From: the human T2T-CHM13v2.0 reference genome, Homo sapiens
Strand: one strand, 5' to 3'
DNA: 64,000 bases
Assembly: GCF_009914755.1 (NCBI RefSeq)
Contig: NC_060947.1
Part shown: positions 17,501-30,900 of the stretch, one piece after another
Position numbering within the stretch: the first letter of the stretch is position 1
Layout: every line of letters begins with the position of its first letter
Made by a program: the position numbers and the translations under genes
The notes under the pieces: model-generated
The model's database searches: none
What the model was told of the DNA's origin: nothing
Seen by the model: the letters and a program-made list of their open reading frames with translations, nothing else

Positions 17501-19729
17501 GTATCAGCTGTGTTATTATGGGGAGGAACTGGAGGTGGGCAAAGTTTTAGAACTCCCAAAATTATATGCCCTTTATTATCCACCACCAGGGTGGGTAGAG
17601 AAGAACCATCAGGTGGTAGTAGGGCTAGGTGTGTCTGAGCTCAGGTTCTTCTTGGGTGGGTCTTGCTGTGGCTGCTGTGGTGGATGGGGGTGAGATTCCC
17701 AGGTCACTGGAGGTGTGCACCTAGGGGCATTATGGCTGCCTCTGCTGAGTCATGTGAGTTGTCAGGGAAGTGGGGCAAAGCCAGCAGTCACACGCCTCAC
17801 CCAGTTCCCACACAAACTGAAGGGCTGGTTTCACTCCCACTGTGTCCCCTGCAACAGCACCCAGACCGTTTTCAGGTGTAGAGCAATACGGGCTTGAACA
17901 CCTGCCCCAGGCTAAGAAAGCAAAGGGCTTGGTTCTTCTCCCACCTGTGGAGTCTGCCCACCCAATTTATGCCTTCCCCTGAGTTCTGGCCAAGAGGCTT
18001 CTCACCCAGTTCAAATTGTTATGAGATTCAACTAGAGATCTGCTTCTCCCTGTGTAATTTTATCCCCTGCTACTCTCTCATTGGATCCCTGTGTTGCCAG
18101 GCAGGAATGACCTGTTAGGGGACCCAGAGAGCTCCCAGGGCCTTTCTGCTTCTTCCTCTACCCCTGTATTTCACTTGGCTCTCCAAATTGACTCAGCTCC
18201 AGGTAAAGTCAGAAACTTCTGCCAGAAATGAACCTTCACCTTCTCCAGTGTGTGTGTGTTTGGGAGAGGAGGGTCTCCCTTTCCCACTTCCACAGTTTGG
18301 GCACTCACAATTTTGGCTGGGTCTCCTGGGTCCTGCAGGAGCAGTCTGCTTCCTTCAGTGCGTCTGTTGGTCCTCTTGGGGTTGCTGGTTTGTTGATCTG
18401 GAGATAAAATTTACAGTGTGAGTCACCGCCCACTGCTCTGTGCAGAGTTGCAATCTGGTCCTGCCTCCTGTCTGCTGTGAACTGTTTTTCACTTTTGATA
18501 ATTTGATTATATGTGCCTCAGAGAGGACCTTTTTGGGTTGAATCTATTTGGAGATTTCTGAGCTTCTTGGATCTGGATGTCCATCTCTCTCCCAAGACTT
18601 AGAAAATGTTCATCTATTATTTTATTAAATAGTTTTTCTATATTATTTTTCCTTTTTTGGAACTTTTGTAATGCAGACATTTGCTAATTTAGTGGTGTCC
18701 CATGAGTTCTGTAGGCTTTTATTTCTTTTAATTTTTCCAGTCTGCCCAGATTATTCCAGAAAACTTGTCTTTAAATTCAGAAATTTTGTCTTCTCCTTGA
18801 TCTAGTTTGTTGTTCAAATCCTTTAATGTAGCTTTTATTTTATTCATTGATTATTTCAGCTATAAGATGTTCATTTGCTTTTTTTGACATCTTTTTTTGT
18901 TCAATTTCTCATTCACATCATGATATTTTTCCAATTTTGTTGAATTGTTAATGTATATTCTATTGTATCTCATTGAATTCCATTTTTTAGGAAAAAAGTC
19001 ATTATTTTGAATTCCCTTTCTGGCATTCTGTGTATTTCCTTTTCTGGGGGGCCTGCTACTGGAGAATTATTTCATTCCTTTGGTGGTGTCATGTTTTCTT
19101 TCTTTTTCATATTTCTTTTGTGCCTACATTTATATACATCTAGTGGAGTGGTAGCCTCTTTCAATTTTATGGATTAGGTTTTTTATGAAAATATATTCCT
19201 GTAGTTGGATCCTGAGTGTCTATTGAGTGAGACATGTTGCCATTAATTCTAATAGTGTAAACCCAGTGCAGCTTCTTCAAGTTTTATTCATGTTAGTGAT
19301 GTTTATGAGTGCCTTAGGCTGCAGGAATTGGCAACAGCAATGGCATATATTTGCTGGGGGTGGCCCCATGAGGTTTTTCTCCTTGCTGGGGGTGAATGCA
19401 TGCACAGGTGGTAAACTAGCTCAGGGACTGGTTTGCTGGTATCAAGGTTTTTTGTGCTGTTTCTCAGGCCAGAAATGTGGGTACATTGAGTGAGTTGACC
19501 AAGTCAGGGAACGGCTTGCTAGGGTCAGGGCTGCCAGGCTGTTATGCTGGCTGGGGGCACGGACCATGGCTGATCAACTGGCTCAGGGGCTAGTCCTTTT
19601 TGGTTGGGTCCACTGGACCTTTTTTCTGGTTGGAGGCATTGGCCTGTAGCTTCTGAGTTGGCTTGGGGTTTATCTACTGGGTGCTGGTCCACTAGTCTGT
19701 TTCTCTGGCCAGGCGAATATTTTGCCCAT

Positions 19730-19835
19730 AATTTCCACCTTAAAGATTTTATATTCAAAAACAGTCACATTCTGAGTTACTGAGGGTTAGTACTTCAACA
19801 TAAAGTTTTGAGGGTAGGCATTTCTGGCCATAACC
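19730..19835 (-). mobile_element. MLT1B/C LTR fragment
   Basis: gtcacattctgagttactgagggttagtacttcaacata...ccataac terminal motif. Confidence 0.6.
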
Positions 19836-19844
19836 ATTGGCATC

Positions 19845-20220
19845 TGTATTAGTCCGTTCTCACATTGCTATGAAGAAATACCCAAAACTGGGTAATTTAT
19901 AAAGGAAAGAGGTGTAACTGGCTCACAGTTCCACATTGTTGGGGAAGCCTCAGAAAACTTGCAATCATAATGGAAGACAAAGGAGAAGCATGCACCTTCT
20001 TTACAGGGTGTCAGGACAGAGTGAGTGCAAGCAGGGGAAATGACAGATGCTTATAAAACCATCAGACCTTGTGAGACTCACTCACTATCATGAGAACAGC
20101 ATGGCGGAAATCGCCCCCATGATTCAATTATCTTCACCTGGCCCCCCTTGATACATGGGGATTATGGGGATTACAATTCAAGGTGAGATTTGGGTGGGGA
20201 CACAGAGCCAAGTCATATCA
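19845..20220 (-). mobile_element. THE1 (THE1C/D-like) solo LTR
   Basis: tgtattagtcc...gggacacagagccaagtcatatca with TG...CA ends. 5-bp TSD gcatc at 19840-19844 and 20221-20225. Confidence 0.93.
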
Positions 20221-20708
20221 GCATCATTTGGTTGTCTTTTCTCATTCATTTTGAGATTTTTTTTTTGCCTTTTCCAACAACTTTAATTCTTTATACTCGA
20301 TATTTGCATTCTGAATCAGATATATTATACATATCATCTAATTTACCCATTTAAAGTATACAGTTTAATTGATTTTAGTAAATTCATGAACTTGTCCCTC
20401 CATCATCACGATCAACATTATAACATTTTTGTTACCACTAAAAGAGACCCTACAGTTCTCAGCAAGCATTCCTGAATCCCTGAGTGTCCCTAGCTGAAGG
20501 CAACCATTAACTTACTTTCCATCTCTATAGATTTGCCTAATCTGGACATTTCATGCATATGGAATTATACAATATGTAGTCTTTTGTGACTAGTTTCTTT
20601 CACTTAGCATAATGTTTTCAAAGTTTATCCATGTTGTAGATCTATCAATACTTCATTCATTTCAATGCTGAATGGTATTCTATCGCATGTATATACCAGA
20701 TTTTATTT

Positions 20709-21990
20709 TATTTTTATATCCATTTTTTGGGGGGAACAGGTTGTATTTGGTTATATGGGCAAGTTCTTTACTGGTGATTTACGAGATTTTGTTGGATCCA
20801 TAACCCGAGCAGTATACACTGAAACCAATTTGTAGTCTTTCATCCTTCACCCCCTTCCCACCCTTCCCCTTGAGTCCCCAAAGTCCATTGTATCATTCTT
20901 ATGCCCTTGCATCCTCATAGCTTAGCTCCCACTTATGAGTAAGAACATACAATGTTTGTTTTTTTTATTCCTGAGTTACTTGACTTAGAATAATAGTCTC
21001 CAATCACATCCAGGTTTCTGTAAATGCCATTGACTTATTCCTTGTATGGTTGAGTAGTATTCCATCATATATATATATATGTATGTATGTGTGTGTGTAT
21101 ATATATATATATATATACACACACACATACATACATATATATATATATATATTTATACATACATACATATGTCTCACAGTTTCTTTATCCACTCGTTGAT
21201 TGATGGGCATTTGGGCTGATTCCACATTTTTGCAATTGCGAATTGTGCTACGATAAACATGTGTGTGCAAGTATCTTTTTTGTATAATGACTTATTTTGC
21301 TCTGAGTAGCTACCCAGTAATGGGGCTGCTGGATCAAATGGTAGTTCTACTTTTAGTTATTTAAGGAATCTCCACACTGTTTTCCAGAGTGGCCATACTC
21401 GTTTATGTTCCCACAAGCAGTGTAGAAGTGTTTCCTTTTCACCGCATCCACACCAACATTATTTATTTATTTATTTATTTAATTATGGTCCTTCTTGCAA
21501 GAGTAAGGTGATATTGCATTGTGCTTTTGATTTGCATTTCTGCAATCATTAGTAATATTGAGCATTTCTTCATATGTTTCTTTGCCATTTGTATATCTTC
21601 TGATAATTGTCTATTCATGTCCTTAGCATGCTTTTTGATGGCATCATTTGTTTTTTTTCTTGCTAATATGTTTGAATTCCTTGTAGATTCTGGTTATTAG
21701 TCCTTTGTCAGATGAATAGATTGTGAAGGATTGTGAAAAATTTCTCCCACTCTGTGGGTTGTTCTATTTACTCTGCTGACTGTTCCTTCTGCCATGCAGA
21801 AGCTCTTTAGTTTAATTAAGTCCCACCTATTTATCTTTGTTTTTATTGCATTTGCTTTTGGGTTCTTGGTCATAAAATCCTCGCCTAAGCCAATGTCTAG
21901 AAGGGTTTTTCTAATGTTATTTTCTAGAATTTCTATAGTTTCAGGTCTTAGATTTAAGTCCTTGATCCATCTGGAATTGATTTCTGTATG
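20709..21990 (-). mobile_element. 5'-truncated L1PB 3' end
   Basis: L1PB 3' motif (acccgagcagtatacactg). 11-bp TSD agattttattt at 20698-20708 / 21991-22001. Confidence 0.85.
21067..21172. repeat. Compound (TA)n/(TG)n/(CA)n microsatellite
   Basis: Direct inspection; lies within the L1PB 3' region. Confidence 0.9.
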
Positions 21991-23289
21991 AGATTTTATT
22001 TATGAACTCATCAGTTGATAAACATTTGGATAGTTTCCGCGTTTTTACTATTATGGATAATGCTGCTGTGAGCATTCACATACATGTCGCTGTGTGAATA
22101 AACCTGTGTTTTTAATTTTCTTCAACACATACCAAGAAATGGAATTGCTAAGTCACAAGGTAACTCTGTATTTAACCTTGTAAAAAATTAACACAGTGTT
22201 TCACAAAGGGGCTGCACCATTTTACATTCCCAGCAGTAGTGTATGAGCGTTCTAATTTTCTTTATACCCAACACCTTTTTTTTATTTTTATTATAGTCAT
22301 TCTACACGGTATGAAGCGATGGCTAATGATGTTGAGCATCTTTTTATATGCTTATTGGGCATTTAAATATGTTCCATAGATAATTGTCTACTCAAAGTGT
22401 TTTCCTATTAAAAAAAAATTCTAATGACACAGTAATTGTATATACTTATGGAATATAGTGTGATGTTTCATTACTTGTATACATTGTGTGATAATCAAAT
22501 CAGAGTATTTAACATATTCATCACCTCATACATTTGTTATCTTTGCCCATTTGTATTGAATTATTTGTCTTTTTATTGTTGAATTTTCAAAGTTCTTTAT
22601 GTATTTAGTTACAAGTTTTTTTATCAGATGTATGATTTTCAAAATTTTCTGCATTCTGTGGGTTACCTTTACACTTTCTTGATGGTGCCCTTTTAAACAC
22701 AAACATCTTTAATTTTGATTATATAAAGTTTATCTGTTTACTTTTCAGTTGTGCTGTTGGTGTCATATTTAAGAAACTATTCCTTAATGTAAGGACACAA
22801 ATATTTACACCTATATTTTCTTCTAAGAGTTTATTGTTTTATTTTCTATCACTGAAGTCTTTTGCATTTAGGTATTTGATCCATTTTGAGTTAATTTTTG
22901 TGTATGGTGTAAGGTATAGATCCAAATTTATTATTTTGCAAGTAAATATCCAGTTGTCCCAGCACACATATCAAAAGACTATTCTTTTTACCTTCAATAG
23001 TCTTTGCACCTTTGCTGAAAGTCAACTGTTCTTAAGTGTAAGAGCTTACTTTTGGACTCTGTCAACTGTGTTCCACTGATTTATATGTCAAATCTTAAAC
23101 CAGAATCACAACGTTTTGATTACTTTAACCTTGTAGCATGTTTTGAGATCAAGAAGTGTGAGTCCTCAAAAATTTTTTCTTTTTTAAAGTTGTTTTTGCT
23201 ATGCTGGCTCTTTTGAATTCTCACATGAATACTATTTTTAAGCTTTATCAAGGTATAATGGATGCATAAAAGTTGAACATATTCAATTT

Positions 23290-24978
<1,689 letters not shown>

Positions 24979-24979
24979 A

Positions 24980-25042
24980 GAAATCTGTGTTTTAGCAAGC
25001 CCTGCAGGTGATTCTGATGTGTGCCTCAGTTTGGAAACCATG
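24980..25042 (+). mobile_element. MER5A-like hAT-Charlie fragment
   Basis: aatctgtgttttagcaagccctgcaggtgattctgatg...gtttggaaaccatg. Confidence 0.7.
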
Positions 25043-25099
25043 GGTTTTGCATAGTCTCCTGACCTGTCATTTTTCACATGATGCCAATTGCAGTTTGAT

Positions 25100-25560
25100 T
25101 TAGAACCATGGAATATCAGTGTTGGGTGAAACTGTGAAAGACCTCACTCTGCAAACTAAACAGGTGTTCCTGAAGACACAGCTTAAATATATCTAGTAAT
25201 AGAAATCTCACTTGCTACCAAGTGAGCCTATTCCATCTTTGGCCAGTTCTTTTAGAAAGTTCTGCTTAGTTATGAGCTGAAAACTGTGTCTGTGCAGTTT
25301 ATATCCATTCATCCCTGCTTTGACCGTCTGTCAGGCTTGAGATCTTCAGAGCTCTGAAGACAGAGACTAAATTCCCCTAAGTCTCCTCCAAGCCAAACTT
25401 CCCCAGCTCAAGGGAACTGGTTTCTGACTTCCTCCTCAGCTCAGTAACCTCCCTGTGGATATATTTCTGTTTCTCTGTACCCCTCATTAATTATGGGACC
25501 TAGGTTGAGTCTGAAAAAACAGAGTATCACCTTTTTGGTTCTGGGTAAATATTCTCTGAG
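25100..25560 (-). mobile_element. L3/CR1 remnant (further traces ~26090-26350)
   Basis: ctattccatctttggccagttcttttagaaagttct...tgaagacag...gccaaacttccccagctc resemble antisense L3. Confidence 0.55.
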
Positions 25561-27340
25561 GTGTACTTCACTGAATACTGGTCATGTAAAATATTCTGTA
25601 AAGAAAAATTTCTATGTTCAAATAAGTTTGGGAAACACTACCTGCCTTAATTCCCTCTTGGAGAGCCACAATAAACATTAGTGTTTTAGAGAATTGAGAA
25701 GTCCTTCAGTAAACAAAGCGTTTCCCAAATGTATTTAAATACAGAGCTTTTTTCACATAAACTCTTATTAATGCATGTAAAAGACTTTGAGTATTTTTTT
25801 AATATACACAGTATGTGGTTTTAAAAATTATTTATTCTTTAAAATAAATATGCACCATTTTACTATATTTAGACTACTATGAATATTTAAACATTATTTA
25901 GTTATGTTTCTATTTATACAGTTTAAAACACATTTCTTTCATTAGCCACATTTTTCCACTGACTCATACTAAATTTGCAGGTAAGTAAATTCCCTAACCT
26001 TTGAGTATAGAGGCCAATACTAAGCGCATTTCCTTTCTTTGCTGCCATCGTTTTGTTATAATTGTTGTTTGTTTGTTTCTGTGTTTAGAAACAAGTGCAT
26101 AACCTTACATGTATATTCCAATTAAACTTCTTCTTGGTTTTGGCCCATCATCCCAGCATCTCCATTCCTTTTTGTCTGCTTAATCCTATTCAAAGTCCTG
26201 GTTCCACAACGAATTCTGCAAAGTGGGTGCTTAATAAATGTGGCTTAACTGACTGAGCTGAGATAATCTGTGGAAGAGTTTCATGCCCATCACAGCTGAG
26301 ATGAGTTCAGCAAGCTCCTTTATTGGGTATATCAAGTCTTTGCTGATAATGGCCTTCAAGTATAGATCTCTAGCTGGTTAGGGACAGCCTCTCTGGAGCC
26401 TGGAAGGTGTAATGAGCAAACCGCTTAAGACCCATGCGAAGCCAAAGATTCTGCAAGAATGAAACCAAAATATAGAATAATGATAACAGCAATAACATTC
26501 TAAGCCCTTACATTTGCATGGCATTTTATAACTTTCAAAGCATCTTCACCTTACTCTTTAATTTGATCCTAATAACAACCAGCACAACAGACAGGATAGG
26601 TTACGATTGGAGTGAACACTGACTGGTACCACTTCTTGAATACTCAGATTAGAGAAGTCCACTGTGGATAATTTGGATTAATCCCCTACCTTTGTCTAGG
26701 AACCCCTCAACCATACAACATATAGGCATAGTGTAGCAGTTGCTAACATCAAATCTGTTTCAATTAAGCATTTTTATTTTACCAAATAGTGACTATTTAG
26801 TACTACCTTTGAGACTGACTGCATCTATTTGCATCACCCCTTCCAGTCCATATTTGTGATCTGAGCCCTTCCCCTTTCTCTGATCTTAGATTGCAAATTC
26901 ATCTTTAATGTGAATTCTAGACTAACTCCATATATAACTCAGAGTTATATAGGTATATTGAGTATATAAATACCTTTTTGAACTTTTATTTCTTCATTTC
27001 TAATGTCACTGGCATTTTGAGCAGGAAGAGTTGACCTATCCCTAGGACCATGGATTTTCATGCTGGGAGTCTCAGGGAGAGAGAGGGGCTGACAAGGCAA
27101 GAGTCTGAGCATTTCCCTGACCTACTTAAACCAGAGTAGCAATGAATTTTCTACCTAGTTTAAAAGCAAGGGTTCTACTTCTTGAAAATAATGATCAACA
27201 AAACTCCTCAAAATCTGGACTAGATAATTTTAGAAGTCCTTTTTAACTTTGATCTTTTACGGTTTTGTGAGCTAGAATCCAAGGTGGGCAGTAGCAGAGT
27301 AGAAGTAAAATAGGCTTGCTAATAGATAAATAAATAAATA

Positions 27341-27430
27341 AACTTGTATTCTAGGTTCAGGGGGTACACGTGCATGTTTGTTTCAAGGGTATACTGCATG
27401 ATGCTGAGGTTTGGAGCATGAATGAATCTG
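27341..27430 (-). mobile_element. Very short L1PA15/16-like 3' end
   Basis: ggttcagggggtacacgtgcatgtttg...gatgctgaggtttgg. Confidence 0.75.
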
Positions 27431-27928
27431 GCTTAAAATGGGCTTTCTTATCTATGGAGCCTAGATTTGTACACTGTCGTTAGAACTCTGGATATGTCTG
27501 TCTAGTAACAAAGCCCTCTCTTCTTTTTCTCCTATGCCTGTTGCTGTGTTGTCTACTTGTGATTCCTTTTTCCCTTCTAGAATATCACTGTAACCTGAAG
27601 GCACCTGCTCACACAAGTTGGTAAAGCTTTGGGGGCATTAAGGAAGAATGATTTCAGTAATAAAAATAGTCCAAATGGCGGCCTTAAAGATTTTGGCTGG
27701 GGCACATGGAATTTACATTTATTCCACTGGGTGGGGACATTTAACTACTTTTCATGTGACATAGAGTATCACTGGTGGTATTTCCCCTAGCATACAACCT
27801 AAATAAATTGTAGATGACAGGAGAAAGGCTGGAAGGAGGGAAGAATAAGGTTGATGAGACCTAAGCAGGCTCTCCTTAGTACCAGTGAGGCCTGAATCAT
27901 CAGCAAATTTAATAAAATAGAGATTTTT

Positions 27929-30900
27929 AAAATTACTTTAAGTTCTGAAATACATGTACAGAATGTGCAGGTTTGTTACATAGGCATACATGTGCCATAG
28001 TGGTTTGCTGCTGGTATCAACCCGTCACCTAGGTTTTAAGCCCTGAATGCATTAGGTATTTGTCTTAATGCTCTCCCTTCCCTTGCCCCACAACCCCCAA
28101 CAGGCCCCGGTGTGTGATGTTTCCCTCCCTGCATCCATGTGTTCTCATTAGTCAACTCCCACTTATAAGGGAGCACATGTGGTGTTTGGCTTTCTGTTCC
28201 TGTGTAATTTTATTGAGAATGATAGCTTCCAGCTACATCCAGGTCCTTGCAAAGGACATGAACTCATTCTTTTTTATGGCTGTATAGTATTCCATAGTGT
28301 ATATGTGCCACATTTTCTTTATCCAGTCTATCATTGATGGGCATTTGGGTTGGTTCCAAGTCTTTGCTAGTGTGAATAGTGCTGCAATAAACATATATGT
28401 GCATATGTCTTTATAATAGAATGATTTATAATACTTTGGCTATATACCCAATAATGGATTACTGGGTCAAATGGTATTTCTGGTTCTGGATCCCTGAGGG
28501 ATCACCACACTGTCCACAATGGTTGAACTAATTTACACTCCCACCACCAGTGTAAAAGCGTTCCTATTTCTCCACAGCCTTGCCAGCTCTGTTGTTTCTT
28601 GACTTTTTAATGACTGCCATTCTAACTGGAGTGACATGTTATCTCATTGTGGTGTCAATTTGCATGTCTCTGATGACCAGTGATTATGAGCTTTTTTTCA
28701 TATGTTTGTTGGCTGTATAAATGTCTTCTTTTGAGAAGTGTCTGTTCATATCTTTCATCCACTTTTTGATGGGGTTGTTTGTCTTTTTCTTGTAAATTTG
28801 TTTAAATTCCATGTAGATTCTGGATATTAGACTTTTGTCAGATGGATAGATTGTCATTTTTTTTTCCATTTTGTAGGTTACCTGTTCACTCTGATGATAG
28901 TTTCTTTTGCTGTGCAGCTCTTTAGTTTGATTAGATCCCATTTTTCAATTTTGGCTTCTGTTGCAATTGCTTTTGGTGTTTTAGTCATGAAGTCTGCCTG
29001 TGCCTATGTCCTGAATGAAATTGCCTAGGTTTTCTTCTAAGGTTTCTATGGTTTTGGGTTTTATATTTACAAGTGGCTTATGGTTTGGGGCTTTACATTT
29101 ACAAGTCTTTAATACATCTTGAGTCGATTTTTGTATCAGGTATAAGGAAGTGGTCCAGTTTCAGTTTTCTGCATATGGCTAGCCAGTTTTCCCAGCACCA
29201 CTTGTTAACTGTGGAATCTTTTCCCCATTGATTGTTTTTGTCAGGTTTGTTAAAGATCAGATGGTTGTAGATGTGTGGTGTTATTACTGGGGTCTCTGTT
29301 CTGTTTCATTTGGTGTATATATCTGTTTTGGTATCAATAACATGCTCTTTTGGTTACTGTAGCCTTTTAGTATAGTTTGAAGTCAGGTACCATGGTGCTT
29401 CCAGCTTTGTTCTATTTGCTTAGGATTGTCTTGGGTATACGGGCTCTTTTTTGGTTCCATATGAAATTTAAAGTAGTTTTTTCTAATTATGTGAAGAAAG
29501 TCAATGGTAGCTTGATGGGGATAGATTTGAATCTAAAAATTACTTTAGGCAGTATGACTACTTTCATGAAATTGATTCTTCCTATCCATGAGCATGAAAA
29601 ACGTTTTTTTCCATTTGTTTGTGTCCTCTCTTATTTTATTGATAAGTGGTTTGAGGTTCTCCTTGAAGAGGTCCTTGAAGTCCCCTGTAAGTTGTGTTCC
29701 TAGATATTTTATTCTCTTTGTAGCAATTGTGAATGGGAGTTAAGTCATGATTTGGCTCTCTGCTTGTCTATTTTTGGGGTATAGGAATGCTTGTAATTTT
29801 TGCACATTGATTTTGTATCCTGAGACTTTGCTGAAGTTGCTTATCAGCTTAAGGAGTTTTTGAGCTGAGATAATGGGGTTTTCTAAATATACGATTATGT
29901 CATCTGCAAACAGAGACAATCTGACTTTCTCTCTTCCTATTTGAATACCCTTTATTTCTTTTTCTTGCCTGATTGCCCTAGCCGAACTTCCAATGCAACT
30001 TTGAATAGGAGTGGTGAGAGAGGGTAACCTTGTCTTGTGCCAGTTTTCAAAGGGATGTCTTCCCGCTTTTCCCCATTTAGTATGGTATAAGCTATGGGTT
30101 TGCCATAAATAGTCCTTATTATTTTGAGATATGTTCAATCAATACCTAGTTTATAGAGAGTTTTTAGCATGAAGAGGTGTTGAATTTTATCAAAGGCCTT
30201 CTCTGCATCTACTGAGATAATCATGTGGGTTTTGTCATTGGTCTTGTTTATGTGATGGATTACGTTTATTGATTTGTATATGTTGAACCAGCCTTGCATC
30301 CCAGGGATGAAGTGTACTTAATCGTGGTGCATAAGTTTTGGATGTGCTGCTGGATTTGGTTTGCCAGCATTTTATTGAGATTATTTGCATCGATGTTCAT
30401 CAGGGATATTGGCCTGAAATTTTCTTTTTTTGTTGTGTCTCAGCCAGGTTTTGGTATCAGGATGATGCTGGCCTCAGAAAATGAGTTAGGGCAGATGCCT
30501 TCTTTTTCTATTGTTTGGAATCATTTCAGAAGGAAAGATACCAACTCCTCTTTGTACCTCTGGTATAATTCAGCTGTGAATATGTCTAGTCCTGGGGTTT
30601 TTTTTTTTTGGTTGGTACGCTATCAATTACTGCCTCAATTTCAGAACTTGTTAGTGCTCTATTCAGGGCTTTGACTTCTTTCTGGTTTAGTCTTTGGAAG
30701 GTGTATGTGTCCGGTAATTTATCCATTTCTTCTATATTTTCTACTTTATTGGTGTAGAGGTGTTTATAGTATTCTCTGATGGTAGTTTGCATTTCTTGGG
30801 ATCAGTGGTGATATTCCCTCATCATTTTTTATTGCATCTATTTGATTGTTCTCTGTTTTCTTATTTATTAGTCCATCTAGTGGTCCATCTATTTTGTTAA

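Larger units (their letters stand above)
20320..23230 (-). mobile_element. L1MB-type 3' region, interrupted by L1PB and a short L1MA end (~22410-22540)
   Basis: ggcaaccattaac...atttgcctaatctggacatttcat L1MB motifs. ORF2 antisense sequence continues after the inserts. Confidence 0.7.
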
